DNA of 64,000 bases from assembly GCA_018015315.1 (NCBI GenBank), contig GCA_018015315.1_3629.1; one strand, given 5' to 3'. Origin of the DNA: a phage. Under the pieces are notes generated by a model. The model ran no database searches. It had not been told where the DNA came from and saw only the letters and a program-made list of their open reading frames with translations. Both the position numbers and the translations under genes were made by a program. Shown here in pieces: positions 16,163 through 26,059 of the stretch (position 1 is the first letter of the stretch; each line of letters begins with the position of its first letter).

Positions 16163-18940
16163 TTAGTGACAATCACCCCAGTTACGACCACACAAGTATT
16201 CACCTGTGATCTGGAACGGGACTCCCATCATTTTAGAAGCTTGCCAGAAGCAATGCACCACCATTTCACCCACAGGGCTCCAGATAAGTTCAAGCTTTCC
16301 GTCATCGTTCAGGATAGGATCGTACACCGTGTTTCCGTCTCTGTCAACCACTTCGTTTCCGTTTTCATCCTTGCGTGCCTTTTTGTACTTATGACCGTCA
16401 AACACATGAAGTTTGGACTCCTGCTCTGCCTTAAATGCTTCCAATTCTTCAATTGTGTCGAAGGTGTACACAGTCTTATACTTAGGCGTGTCAGGGACCT
16501 GAAGTTGGTACTCATCATGGTAATAAATAATACGACGAACACCTTCATCGTACCACCCACGCTTCACCATTTGGTGGTGCATGAGTATCCCAACTAAGTC
16601 ACACAACGATGCACCACCATTTTGTTGGTATGCATTAAGTAAAGAGTGTTTAGATCGGGTCCAGATAGCATGACCATCAAAAGAGTAGATAAACTTCTTA
16701 CCCGTTGCTTCCCAGAATTTCTCCAGATCCTCTTTACGCCCTTTAAGACCAGGGTTGGCATCCCAAAGCGCATCGATTACCCTTTGCCCCAACTCTGGGG
16801 AGATATCCAGCATGTCTGCAACTTTATCTTTTTGTGCCCCATACATAACCCCGTACGTGATAGGTTTACCGTCGTTACGAGACACCTCTCTACCTGCTAC
16901 TTTCGTATATGCCTCAGCATTGTTTTGGTGGGCATCCCCGTTACTTACAACATCGTAATACAGGCCGTTGTCGAACTCAAAGGCACCCCAAGCCCCGATA
17001 AGCTGCTCTAAGTTGGACCCGTCAATACCGATCTCAAAGTATCCTGGAGGAACACCCCACAGACTGCGCATCTCTTTACCCATAACCACTTTAGGAGATG
17101 GTTTAGGCATGTTTGCACAAATACTGTGTTTCTGTCGGGAAGTGTTTGTTAATCCAGAACTTTTAGCAGGGAGCTTATGGTCAATCTTCAAACGTGGGTG
17201 ATTAAGAAGACCAGTATCAACCTTATCCTCCTTGATTGGATCAAGGACCGATCTGCGATTTCGCAATGATAACCACAAGACGATATCTTTAGCCATCTCT
17301 CCGTTCAATTTTTCAAGATTTGGGCATAGGTGTCCAAACGTATCTTTCAGCTGCGGAGAAGTAATAAGTGCTCTGGCTTTTCTACGTATTTTCCCGAATA
17401 CTTCCTTTTTAATCCTTTCGGAGTTAGGAAAGCTTCGGAACTTGTGCACTGTTGTCTGAAACTTAGCATCAGTTTTGTTCCAGAAGTTGATAATTAGATC
17501 ACAATACTCTGACTCTAAAAGCTCGTCCATGTATGCATATACTCGTGCATCAACATCTGCATCAGGTAGAGCTTTCTTCTTGCTGTCTTTAGTTACATCC
17601 TTAGTTCTCCACATTGTCGGAAGCCAACCAGCACTGATCAGGTATCGCTTAATGTCGTCCTGATTGCTGATTTTCATAGGTATCTTGCAGTCCGGCATTC
17701 GCTTCTGCTGTAGATCACTTATTGCCTGATCCATCAGCTCTTTAGGTAAAGGTTGTGGTGTGGAAGTGCCCTTAATATAGCCTCTCAAGAAATCAGCCAT
17801 CTTATCAAGGTCTTTGCAGCCCATCTCTTCACACCATTTTATCCCCATCTTGCTGACATCTCCTGTGGAGGTAAATGCTCGCTTAGGCGGGGCTTTGAAC
17901 TCTAAAGCACTCATGTCCACAGGATAGCCAAGCTTATCTTTTAACCATTTCCAACCATTGTTGGAGATTGTCCCATCTTGGTTAAACGGCTTTTCAGGGA
18001 ACTTGGGCCGCTGAGACATTGACAGCTCTTTTAAAGGAAGTTGAGGTTCAACACGATCAGCGATTTCTTTCATCCACGCATCGCAACGGTCACGTAAAGC
18101 AATAGCTCCATCTATGTCGAAGTATACACCCTGACGGGCCTGCAGCTCCATCAGGAAGTGCTGCAGCATGCCTCGACGTAGTGCGTTCTTCCAGGTGATC
18201 TTCTTGAACCCTTTCGGCTTCTCTTTGGCTGGATCGTACATAAAGTTCTGCATGTCAGATTTGCCGTAGAATACACCTTTTGATTCCGCTACCAGCTCTT
18301 TCCAGAGCAGCTCCTGGATGATAACGTCCTCGAATACACGATCCACATACTTCCACAACGGAAGATCGCGCCAGTCATCAATTTGAACTTTCTGGTTACC
18401 AAGGGCGTAGCCCCATGCCATAAGGCCGTGAGGACCAACAGGCTGCATTTTCTTAGTAACCGGGTTGAATACAGAGTCCGGACAACCTTTTGGTAAAGGG
18501 CGATCAGGCCACAAGATTCGGCTCATCGCCAACGTATCAAACAGGTTAACCTGGTGGTCGTTGATAGTCCCCATACATTTAGGATCACGGAACATATCAA
18601 AATGAATACCGGATAATCTCTCCATCAGCATAAAGTCATAACTGTAGCAGTTATGGCAGTTCAAAGCTGTTGGTGACCAGTCGGAATTGCCTGTAAGCCA
18701 ACCCTCCAACTCTGAAAAATCTGCTATGCGAACTTCAAAATCCTTATAAAGAGTTTTCTTTGCCAGAATAAAGTTCTTAGCCTTCTCTATATCCTCCTCG
18801 GAGTAGTGTGTGCGGTCATTCAGAGGAAGGAACAGCATAAAACGGTTCTTATTCAACGCTTTAAACAGGCCGCAGTGATAATAAAGGTCTGGATCTTCCA
18901 AAAGCCCAGAGGCCTCAAAATCGAAGCTATACATACTCAT
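16163..18940 (-). CDS. DNA polymerase, family A, with 3'-5' exonuclease domain
   Basis: Exo I FDFEASGL; Pol A motif B RNDGKPITYGVMYG; motif C YYHDEYQLQV; 925 aa; SD AAGGAG 8 nt before ATG. Confidence 0.9.
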   Translation of the reverse strand: MSMYSFDFEASGLLEDPDLYYHCGLFKALNKNRFMLFLPLNDRTHYSEEDIEKAKNFILAKKTLYKDFEVRIADFSELEGWLTGNSDWSPTALNCHNCYSYDFMLMERLSGIHFDMFRDPKCMGTINDHQVNLFDTLAMSRILWPDRPLPKGCPDSVFNPVTKKMQPVGPHGLMAWGYALGNQKVQIDDWRDLPLWKYVDRVFEDVIIQELLWKELVAESKGVFYGKSDMQNFMYDPAKEKPKGFKKITWKNALRRGMLQHFLMELQARQGVYFDIDGAIALRDRCDAWMKEIADRVEPQLPLKELSMSQRPKFPEKPFNQDGTISNNGWKWLKDKLGYPVDMSALEFKAPPKRAFTSTGDVSKMGIKWCEEMGCKDLDKMADFLRGYIKGTSTPQPLPKELMDQAISDLQQKRMPDCKIPMKISNQDDIKRYLISAGWLPTMWRTKDVTKDSKKKALPDADVDARVYAYMDELLESEYCDLIINFWNKTDAKFQTTVHKFRSFPNSERIKKEVFGKIRRKARALITSPQLKDTFGHLCPNLEKLNGEMAKDIVLWLSLRNRRSVLDPIKEDKVDTGLLNHPRLKIDHKLPAKSSGLTNTSRQKHSICANMPKPSPKVVMGKEMRSLWGVPPGYFEIGIDGSNLEQLIGAWGAFEFDNGLYYDVVSNGDAHQNNAEAYTKVAGREVSRNDGKPITYGVMYGAQKDKVADMLDISPELGQRVIDALWDANPGLKGRKEDLEKFWEATGKKFIYSFDGHAIWTRSKHSLLNAYQQNGGASLCDLVGILMHHQMVKRGWYDEGVRRIIYYHDEYQLQVPDTPKYKTVYTFDTIEELEAFKAEQESKLHVFDGHKYKKARKDENGNEVVDRDGNTVYDPILNDDGKLELIWSPVGEMVVHCFWQASKMMGVPFQITGEYLCGRNWGDCH

Positions 18941-18950
18941 AGAGTGTTCT

Positions 18951-18986
18951 CCTTAAAGGGGAGGCGGTTGTACTACCCCTCCCACT
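18951..18986 (-). terminator. possible attenuator hairpin between primase-helicase and polymerase genes
   Basis: GGGAGG/CCUCCC stem followed by CUUUAAGGAG (contains polymerase SD); weak U-tract. Confidence 0.3.
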
Positions 18987-18998
18987 CTTGGTTAAACA

Positions 18999-21077
18999 TT
19001 AAAAAGGTGTTTCATCGTCTTCAAAACCAGGGACCGGATCAGAGGATGGATCATCGTATTGGAGGTCTTCCTGCGTGTCAATAGGCTTGACAGTGGGTGT
19101 TACAACCTTATCAGCCACAACCTTGCCCATAGGTGTTTCTACAACTGCATGCTCTTGATCCTCAAACATAGCCTGAGGTCTCCAAACAACCTCCCCACCT
19201 TCTCCGTCTGTAAACATTTGCATTTCTTTGTCCCAGTACCAATTACTGGCATCATGGAACTTACCTGTGTGCGGGTCCATAACTAAAGTGTCAGCAATAC
19301 CTAAAGTTTTTGCTGGACGGTTCTTAAGACCTACCAGACGGACACGTCCACGAGAACGATCCACCATTTCTTCGGCCTCAACACCTATGACTACCCAACT
19401 CAACTGTTCAAGCCCAGCCGATCCTCGCAAATTCTCTTTTCGCACAGGATACCAGAAAGGTAACGGGTTACCATTTTTGTCCTTAGGAGGCACAATCTCT
19501 GTACGTTTGAGGTGAGCGATCACCAAGATAAACACGTTAAACTGCTTACAAAACGCAGCCAGTTGGGTCATAGCCATGTCCAGTTCTTTTCGCTCATCCT
19601 TAACATTAAGCCCTGAAATTACCATGGACAGGTGATCCAGCACAATATAACGACAATGGTACAGGCAAACCATTTGCTTAAGCTTGGTAATCAACTCGTC
19701 CACCGGAATAGACCCGAAATGTTTGAACACTTTGATTTTTCCAGCTTTTGCCCATGATTGGTGAATCTCTGCGTGTTCTTGATCAGTTAAAAACTGGCTA
19801 GGATCTTCAACAAACTCTTTAACATCAAACCCTAACTGGTTTGCATACAAGGAGTTAATTGCTTCCTCTGGATCCTCCTCAAGATGGATCATGCATAGAC
19901 GATCATCCTCTTCATAGTCATCGGCCTTCGGGCATGTCGGGTCCATTAGGTATCTTGCAATACAGTGTTCCAGTTTTTTAGCCACGGTTGTTTTACCGCC
20001 GCCTGATGGACCTGTAAGCATTATGAGTGTCCCTTTGTGCAAGCCTTTTAGCATTTTTTGCAGTTTTGGGAACTCTGCACTGATATCTACCCCGTTGGAA
20101 GTCTTTTTCCGCAAAGACTCGATAGAGAAGTCTTCTAAATCCGACACAGCATCAGGCACATATTTAACAGGGTGCCGGAACATGTTGACAATATCTTCCA
20201 GCTTTTTAGCCTTCAGCATGTCTCGGATATCTTTTACACCGTCAGGGTCATTTACTTCACCAGGGTATTCTACGTGGTAAACGTTATCAGCCATCAAAAA
20301 TGCTGCGATATTGTGCGTGGCCTCAACACCTTTAATGACGTGTTTTTGCTTCTCTACCTCGTTAGCTGCATCGTTATCCATTGCCAGCACAACTGTTCCA
20401 TAGCTACGGATAAACTTCTCATTGTTTGCAAAAGTATCTACTGCGTTTGCACATCCACAGTTAATTCCAACAAAAGGCAGGCAGGGTTTTCCTGCCAGAT
20501 CACCACCGTTGATAACTGCGTCGATCCCGTCCTGGACCTCTTTAGCCCACTGCTTCACCTTTGCCGGGGCTTTAGCGTTGGTGAGAATCCCTTTTACTTG
20601 TATCTGATATGCAGCCTGCCATGCTGCAATAACATCACCTTCTCCCTCACAAACGTTAATCTGCTTACGGTTGTTGGAAGATGCACACAGCTTTTGACCA
20701 AACATCTGAGAGTTGGCCTTTACGATGCCAACAACGGAGAAATGGCCCCTTTGCTCTTTAGGAATAGTCCAGTCACGCTTTTTGAAACCGGACAGATTCC
20801 CGTAGCGGTCGTAATATGGGAAATATGTTGCAGTAACTGTCACACCGTCTTCTTGGGACAATGCTGATCGCACACCAAAATATTGTGCAGCCATCAGACC
20901 GATATTTTGTTGTGGGACAGGGACGATTTTAGTATTTTCTAAAACAGTCTCTACAGTTTCAACCTCTTTTTCATCACGATAGTCTCGTTTCACACTTCCC
21001 CCACTTTTATACTTAGTTGCTTTCGGGTTTGGCTCACCGAAACGGTTGTATGCAGATGCCATAAATTTACTTCCCAT
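18999..21077 (-). CDS. bifunctional primase-helicase (Toprim + DnaB/gp4-like helicase)
   Basis: Toprim CEGEGD and LAMDNDAAN; Walker A GPSGGGKTT; Walker B IVLDH; ends in acidic tail EDDETPF; SD AAGGAG. Confidence 0.85.
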   Translation of the reverse strand: MGSKFMASAYNRFGEPNPKATKYKSGGSVKRDYRDEKEVETVETVLENTKIVPVPQQNIGLMAAQYFGVRSALSQEDGVTVTATYFPYYDRYGNLSGFKKRDWTIPKEQRGHFSVVGIVKANSQMFGQKLCASSNNRKQINVCEGEGDVIAAWQAAYQIQVKGILTNAKAPAKVKQWAKEVQDGIDAVINGGDLAGKPCLPFVGINCGCANAVDTFANNEKFIRSYGTVVLAMDNDAANEVEKQKHVIKGVEATHNIAAFLMADNVYHVEYPGEVNDPDGVKDIRDMLKAKKLEDIVNMFRHPVKYVPDAVSDLEDFSIESLRKKTSNGVDISAEFPKLQKMLKGLHKGTLIMLTGPSGGGKTTVAKKLEHCIARYLMDPTCPKADDYEEDDRLCMIHLEEDPEEAINSLYANQLGFDVKEFVEDPSQFLTDQEHAEIHQSWAKAGKIKVFKHFGSIPVDELITKLKQMVCLYHCRYIVLDHLSMVISGLNVKDERKELDMAMTQLAAFCKQFNVFILVIAHLKRTEIVPPKDKNGNPLPFWYPVRKENLRGSAGLEQLSWVVIGVEAEEMVDRSRGRVRLVGLKNRPAKTLGIADTLVMDPHTGKFHDASNWYWDKEMQMFTDGEGGEVVWRPQAMFEDQEHAVVETPMGKVVADKVVTPTVKPIDTQEDLQYDDPSSDPVPGFEDDETPF

Positions 21078-21831
21078 TAATTCTGCTCCTTACTACAGGC
21101 TCGTTTGCTAAGAATACAGCTTTTGCCCAGCCACGTGGTGTGAGGCTTCGGATCATCTTCGTTCTTGCACTCTTTCCACCCAGCTTAGCGTGTTGCATGG
21201 AGTACCCACTAACCGCGTCAACTATTTGCGGGACAGGTTTTGTGTCCGGGATTATAAATCCATTACCTATCCAGCCGCAAGTTATTTTTGGATAGGCATC
21301 ACGTGGAGCTATAAATTCAGGAAACCAGGGGTTTACATCATCCTCCGGTAAATACCCGCCATAGTCAGAAGGGTGAAAACGGTAATCAGGTTTGCGCCAC
21401 AGTGTGGACATAACACCCACAGGATTCTCTACATGCCACGGGCAATCGTAAATCTCTCCCAACTCTTCTGCAACCCGAGCATCCTTTACAGCATTGATCT
21501 GGATCAGCGGGTCCTTAGCCAGCTTCTTCTTAAAGTGTGCAGCACCTGACACCGCTAAGTGGGTGCACGGAGGAAATGCAAGAACAAAGTCCGGAGCTGG
21601 GTACATGCAGAAAGTTTCCTGAGGGAACCATGGATCAATCCAATAATCTACATAGTGAATATTTGGATGATCGGTGATCACCTCTGCATAACTGCCGTGG
21701 TCAGCACCTTCTGCGTTAAAGCACAGGCACAGATATCCAGCTTTTGCCCAGTCAATGACTGCACCGCCAGATCCGTCAAATAGACTCCACACAACACCTT
21801 TGTGGTAGTGTTCTTTATAGATAAATTTCAA
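21067..21831 (-). CDS. C5-cytosine methyltransferase-fold protein with atypical motifs
   Basis: Motif I SLFDGSGG, motif IV FPPCT (PCQ expected), motif VI HVENP (ENV expected); only about 254 aa; probable TTG start at 21831 after SD AGGAGA (track GTG start lies inside terminator hairpin). Confidence 0.6.
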   Translation of the reverse strand: MKFIYKEHYHKGVVWSLFDGSGGAVIDWAKAGYLCLCFNAEGADHGSYAEVITDHPNIHYVDYWIDPWFPQETFCMYPAPDFVLAFPPCTHLAVSGAAHFKKKLAKDPLIQINAVKDARVAEELGEIYDCPWHVENPVGVMSTLWRKPDYRFHPSDYGGYLPEDDVNPWFPEFIAPRDAYPKITCGWIGNGFIIPDTKPVPQIVDAVSGYSMQHAKLGGKSARTKMIRSLTPRGWAKAVFLANEPVVRSRINGK

Positions 21832-21847
21832 TTTGCTGTCTCCTAAT

Positions 21848-21877
21848 GCAAAAAGCCCCACCCTTTCGGGCAGGGCC
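21848..21877 (-). terminator. intrinsic terminator upstream of MTase-like gene
   Basis: GGCCCUGCC-CGAAA-GGGUGGGGC then UUUUUG. Confidence 0.6.
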
Positions 21878-21882
21878 TAGTG

Positions 21883-22365
21883 TTAAACCCGGATACCTAT
21901 TGTATACTCGGTGGATACCAATGTCAAATCTAAATTTAAAATTTCTTGCATCTCATAGTATGCATCCAGGGTGAGATACATTTCCCCATCCTTTTCTACA
22001 TACTTGTCCAAGTGCTTGAGGCATTTCGGATAACTATTAAGGGCAGCCTTTAGGCACTCAAACTCTGTGCTGTTGATGAATCCTTCCATCTTGGCTACCC
22101 GTTCTGGGGTAACGATAGCACTGTAGTGAGATTTAGCTTCCTGAATGCAATGGGTCCAAGCATCAACTTTCTCTTCGAAAAGTCCGAAGAACTTCTTTTT
22201 GGTGAGCTTCAGATTCTTTAAGTGCTTAAGCACTCGGTTGCCGATCACAGATACATCACGAAACTTAAAGATCACTTTGTCAATATCCTCGCGGCCTATT
22301 TTTACAAAGCAAGCCTCGCACATTTCAGGAGAGGCATAACCTACTTTCCACATAAAATCTGACAT
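21883..22365 (-). CDS. hypothetical protein (160 aa)
   Basis: ORF track. Confidence 0.55.
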   Translation of the reverse strand: MSDFMWKVGYASPEMCEACFVKIGREDIDKVIFKFRDVSVIGNRVLKHLKNLKLTKKKFFGLFEEKVDAWTHCIQEAKSHYSAIVTPERVAKMEGFINSTEFECLKAALNSYPKCLKHLDKYVEKDGEMYLTLDAYYEMQEILNLDLTLVSTEYTIGIRV

Positions 22366-22377
22366 AACACTCTCTCC

Positions 22378-22773
22378 TTATTCCTGAAAAGCAACGATAT
22401 CATATGCACTTACCAATGATTCCGGTGAAGAATGACTCCAGTCCAGGTTATCAGAGTATCCAGCGTGCTGTGCACCGCTACGTAGTTTGTATTTTACCCA
22501 CTTACCTGGTGCAGGGTTTTCACCACCTTCCCATGCTTCCCAGTCTTCTGACAGGCCGTCCTGAGAGCAGTCATCCACTTCACTGATAATCTTAGGGTTT
22601 GGCACCAAGATCCCTGCAGGCTCCTCCTTCCGGATAAGTGTCCACACAGCGTAGGTGTCTGAGCAGGCGCATGATAGCAAAGTATATCCACTATTTAGAA
22701 CTTCTGCAAGCTCTTTTTCAGCATCTTCCAATTTGGTTAAGTGGTATTGGATAATCTTCACACCTGTAATCAT
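22378..22773 (-). CDS. hypothetical protein (131 aa)
   Basis: ORF track. Confidence 0.5.
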   Translation of the reverse strand: MITGVKIIQYHLTKLEDAEKELAEVLNSGYTLLSCACSDTYAVWTLIRKEEPAGILVPNPKIISEVDDCSQDGLSEDWEAWEGGENPAPGKWVKYKLRSGAQHAGYSDNLDWSHSSPESLVSAYDIVAFQE

Positions 22774-23075
22774 CAGAAACCTCCCACTTCTTCAGCAAAT
22801 GCAGCTGCTGTCGTCGCTGCATCCAGATAGGACTCTAGTTCACGGGCTGCACGTTTGTAAATTGAGTGGCGCACATCGTTTGGCAATTGGTGGAAGTCCA
22901 CCTCTTCACCGTTGTGGTAAACATGCACATCGGTAATTTGTCTAAATCCGTAATAGTCAACATCAGAATCACGACACTCTGGGTCTGGCAACTGGACAAC
23001 TGCCTGAGCTTCCACAGTGAACATATCGTCAAGTTCGAAATCGATTTCAAAAGTGTATGGTTTATAACGTTTCAT
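22773..23075 (-). CDS. hypothetical protein (100 aa)
   Basis: ORF track. Confidence 0.5.
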   Translation of the reverse strand: MKRYKPYTFEIDFELDDMFTVEAQAVVQLPDPECRDSDVDYYGFRQITDVHVYHNGEEVDFHQLPNDVRHSIYKRAARELESYLDAATTAAAFAEEVGGF

Positions 23076-23135
23076 CGTTTAGTGCTTCCTTAGTTTTTGT
23101 GGGGAGGAGTGCCTCCCCTTTAGACTAACATCTTA

Positions 23136-23477
23136 CTACTGAAGGTCTTCAGAGTCAAGCTCAAAAAGAATCAAACTGTGCATGCTTGCAGAGAGATCAA
23201 CGCACCCTGCAATAATAAGGGTCTGATAGTAAGGTTCAGCACCCTCAATGTCTTCGTTAAAATCTACAACAAGATAGTCACCTTTGTTAAAGATGTATTT
23301 GTCCGATGTAAACGCAAAACCTGCCCAGTCCCCTACTGCAGGATCTTTATCAGTCACCTTTGTTAGCAGTAGGTCTTTTTCACGAGATCTTTTAGTAAAA
23401 TCGTGAATCACAACATCCTTCTCTTCAGGAGTTGGACTACCACACACGTAGTTAACTATATTTCTCCACAAACTCAT
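23136..23477 (-). CDS. hypothetical protein (113 aa)
   Basis: ORF track; 4-nt overlap with helicase gene. Confidence 0.5.
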   Translation of the reverse strand: MSLWRNIVNYVCGSPTPEEKDVVIHDFTKRSREKDLLLTKVTDKDPAVGDWAGFAFTSDKYIFNKGDYLVVDFNEDIEGAEPYYQTLIIAGCVDLSASMHSLILFELDSEDLQ

Positions 23478-24844
23478 ACGTCCCCCTCTTCTGCTCTGGT
23501 TTCAAAATCTTTCCTGACAATTTTGTCTAAGTCAGGGAATGTTGTATTGTAAAACTCTACGACTCGCGGGTCAACAATAATATCAACTTCTCTTAGTGGA
23601 CGCAACAAGTTTATCCCTTGTATTGTCTTAACTCGACTCAAAGCAACATACGTCATCCCAGGAGAGAAAGCTCCGTTCTTTCCAAGGTCTAGGTTGTAAC
23701 AATCTAGCGTAAGTCCTTGACTTTTATGAGATGTTACGGCGTACCCAGATTTTAGAGGAAGTTGCTTGTATGACCCAATCACCACCCTCTCTATAAACTT
23801 CTCCATCTTCCTTTCTGCAATGTTGTATCTTTGAGATGGCTTATACTCGTTATTCTCCCACAACCTTTGCTCTATGTCAACCTGTGTTCCATCTTCAAGC
23901 TCCACCACCACCGCCTTGTTCTTAAATTTAACAATTGTGGCACGTGTTCCGTTAACATAATAAGGTACTTTGTGCGTCGGGTCAACATCGTTGGCGGTTA
24001 TCATAACCTTCATGCCAATTTTCAACTTCATCTCCTGCTCAACTGGCAGGGTGGAGGGAAACTTACCTTTCATTTCACCAGTGTATACCTTTTCTGGGGC
24101 GTTGATGGCATCATAGAACCTTCTGTTCACTTCCTCCGCTTGTTTGTTGGTGGCGCAAATTGTGAGAGCGTCTGTTGGTACACCGCCTTTGTAACAACGA
24201 GCATTAAGTTCTGCTACAACCTCTTTTATGCGACGACCCTCACGAACACAGTTGAGCATTGTGGCAAATCGAATAGACTCCTGTCGGAACTGATCTACTA
24301 GGGCTATGTTGTGGAGGTCAAGCTCTTTCCAAGATTCGGTATAGCAACACAGGTCCGTATGGTAGAAGTTGAAGTAGGCTTCCTTCTCCATAGAAGATAC
24401 AACAGGAGGTGCTTGGTAAAAATCGCCAAACAATATGACCTGTATGCCTCCGAAAGGTTTGTCATTTTTTCGAAGGAAGCGGAGTTTCCTATCCATCTCT
24501 ATAAACTTATCAGCACGGATCATAGAGATTTCATCGATAATTAGGATGGTAAATGCCTTGCTTTTCAAAGGCTTTGCTGTTTTTGCCCTTATTGCAGTCC
24601 AGTCCGACTCCATGCTCACACCTGCTGCAAGATCGAATGTTCGGTGTGCTGTTGCTCCATTAACGTTTAATGCGGCTACCCCTGTCGGGGCAACCGTTAT
24701 GCAAGAGTCTCCATACATGGACTGGATCATGTTGATGAGGTATGTCTTCCCACAACCTGCGGGTCCTGAAACGAAGACATTCTCACCGCTCATGATTGCA
24801 ATGAGGGCAGCATCTGTGCCTACGTCATACTGCCCTTTTTCCAT
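23474..24844 (-). CDS. PIF1/Dda-like superfamily 1 DNA helicase
   Basis: Walker A GPAGCGKT; ITVAPTGVAA; ILIIDEISM; GDFYQAPPV; C-terminal ALSRVKT. Confidence 0.85.
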   Translation of the reverse strand: MEKGQYDVGTDAALIAIMSGENVFVSGPAGCGKTYLINMIQSMYGDSCITVAPTGVAALNVNGATAHRTFDLAAGVSMESDWTAIRAKTAKPLKSKAFTILIIDEISMIRADKFIEMDRKLRFLRKNDKPFGGIQVILFGDFYQAPPVVSSMEKEAYFNFYHTDLCCYTESWKELDLHNIALVDQFRQESIRFATMLNCVREGRRIKEVVAELNARCYKGGVPTDALTICATNKQAEEVNRRFYDAINAPEKVYTGEMKGKFPSTLPVEQEMKLKIGMKVMITANDVDPTHKVPYYVNGTRATIVKFKNKAVVVELEDGTQVDIEQRLWENNEYKPSQRYNIAERKMEKFIERVVIGSYKQLPLKSGYAVTSHKSQGLTLDCYNLDLGKNGAFSPGMTYVALSRVKTIQGINLLRPLREVDIIVDPRVVEFYNTTFPDLDKIVRKDFETRAEEGDV

Positions 24845-26049
24845 TACGCCTCCTCGTAGATAATGTCGATGATGTTACCATCACGGTCAACTACGTATTC
24901 AATCGGATCGCCATCTTTGCGTGATTCCGGTGCTGCTACGATTTCGTAGCGGCATGCACGGCACTTAGCACTGTTGTGTTGGTATGGCACACTAACCACA
25001 TCCGCAGGGTCAACCATAACCATCATTACGGTGCCATAGCCAGCTGCATACTCTTTGCTGGCGCAGTGCAGGCCATAAGAACACGCAGCTTCCGGATCAT
25101 CTTCTACAAAGTTACGAGGCATGGATACAAAAGCACCCTGGTATTGTGGAACTTTACCGCTGTGCCAATCCACCCACTTGCCTCCGTTAAACTGAACCCC
25201 TTTATAGCAAATGATTCGACCATCTTCTGCAACCTGGATGTCATTAGCCTGCATGAAATCGTAGAGCATGTTCACAGATTTTGCAGACGGGTTGCGTAGC
25301 AGACGGACAAGGAATTTAACATATCGGTCGTCCAGTGTTCCATCTACATAATCTTCCTCAATTTTCTTTGCAATGGTAGATTGCATCTCTACACCGTAGT
25401 AATAGAGCTTACCATCTTTCATAATCAGGTTGTCTGCAAGTGTAGTGAACTCATTCTTGCGTTCCAACCAGACAAGGATTTCACCAATTGCCTCGTCATA
25501 TTTCTGAACAGAGATATGGTCGAAGACTTTCTGGTAAACTTCTTCACTTTCACTGCGGCGAATTTCAAAAATACCTTCGTTACAGGTGATCTGGAGGAGT
25601 TCCCCGCAAATAACTACCAAAGGCTCGATGCTTCGAGTCTGTTGCTGAGACACACTGCTCACCACCTCCAGCACCGGATCTTTGACTTCTACTAAAGGTT
25701 CTTCTGACTTGATTGCCACCCCAGTGAACCCCACACCGTGAACAACGCACAGTGGGTATACCACACTCCAACGTTTAACGGAACCTTCTCCTGAATCTAA
25801 GATCATGGCGTACTTACCGTTGTCTTCCAGTCCGTAGCGGAATAAACGGGCCTCTTCGCGGGTTTCAAAATCCTCACGGGTATAGCAGACACTATCTCGG
25901 TCAGGATCAAACAGCTCTGGGGCACCCACTGCCAGTGTCCATGTTGTAGTACCTTTCTCAATAGCACATGTGAAACCCTTCTTCTCAAGTTCTGCACGGC
26001 GGTCGCGTGCTTCTTTACGAGTTTTGAAATGTTCGTAGATGAAAATCAT
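24844..26049 (-). CDS. rIIB: rIIB-like protein
   Basis: C-terminal GLHCASKEY, VDPADVVSVP, AKCRACRYEIV match recalled T4 rIIB; start set to MIFIYEHF with SD AAGGAGA just after rIIA stop. Confidence 0.75.
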   Translation of the reverse strand: MIFIYEHFKTRKEARDRRAELEKKGFTCAIEKGTTTWTLAVGAPELFDPDRDSVCYTREDFETREEARLFRYGLEDNGKYAMILDSGEGSVKRWSVVYPLCVVHGVGFTGVAIKSEEPLVEVKDPVLEVVSSVSQQQTRSIEPLVVICGELLQITCNEGIFEIRRSESEEVYQKVFDHISVQKYDEAIGEILVWLERKNEFTTLADNLIMKDGKLYYYGVEMQSTIAKKIEEDYVDGTLDDRYVKFLVRLLRNPSAKSVNMLYDFMQANDIQVAEDGRIICYKGVQFNGGKWVDWHSGKVPQYQGAFVSMPRNFVEDDPEAACSYGLHCASKEYAAGYGTVMMVMVDPADVVSVPYQHNSAKCRACRYEIVAAPESRKDGDPIEYVVDRDGNIIDIIYEEA

Positions 26050-26059
26050 AGCTGTCTCC

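Noticed and set aside
20172-20867. 231-aa plus-strand ORF inside primase-helicase gene
   Set aside because: Antisense to a motif-supported gene; Cys/Leu-rich implausible product.
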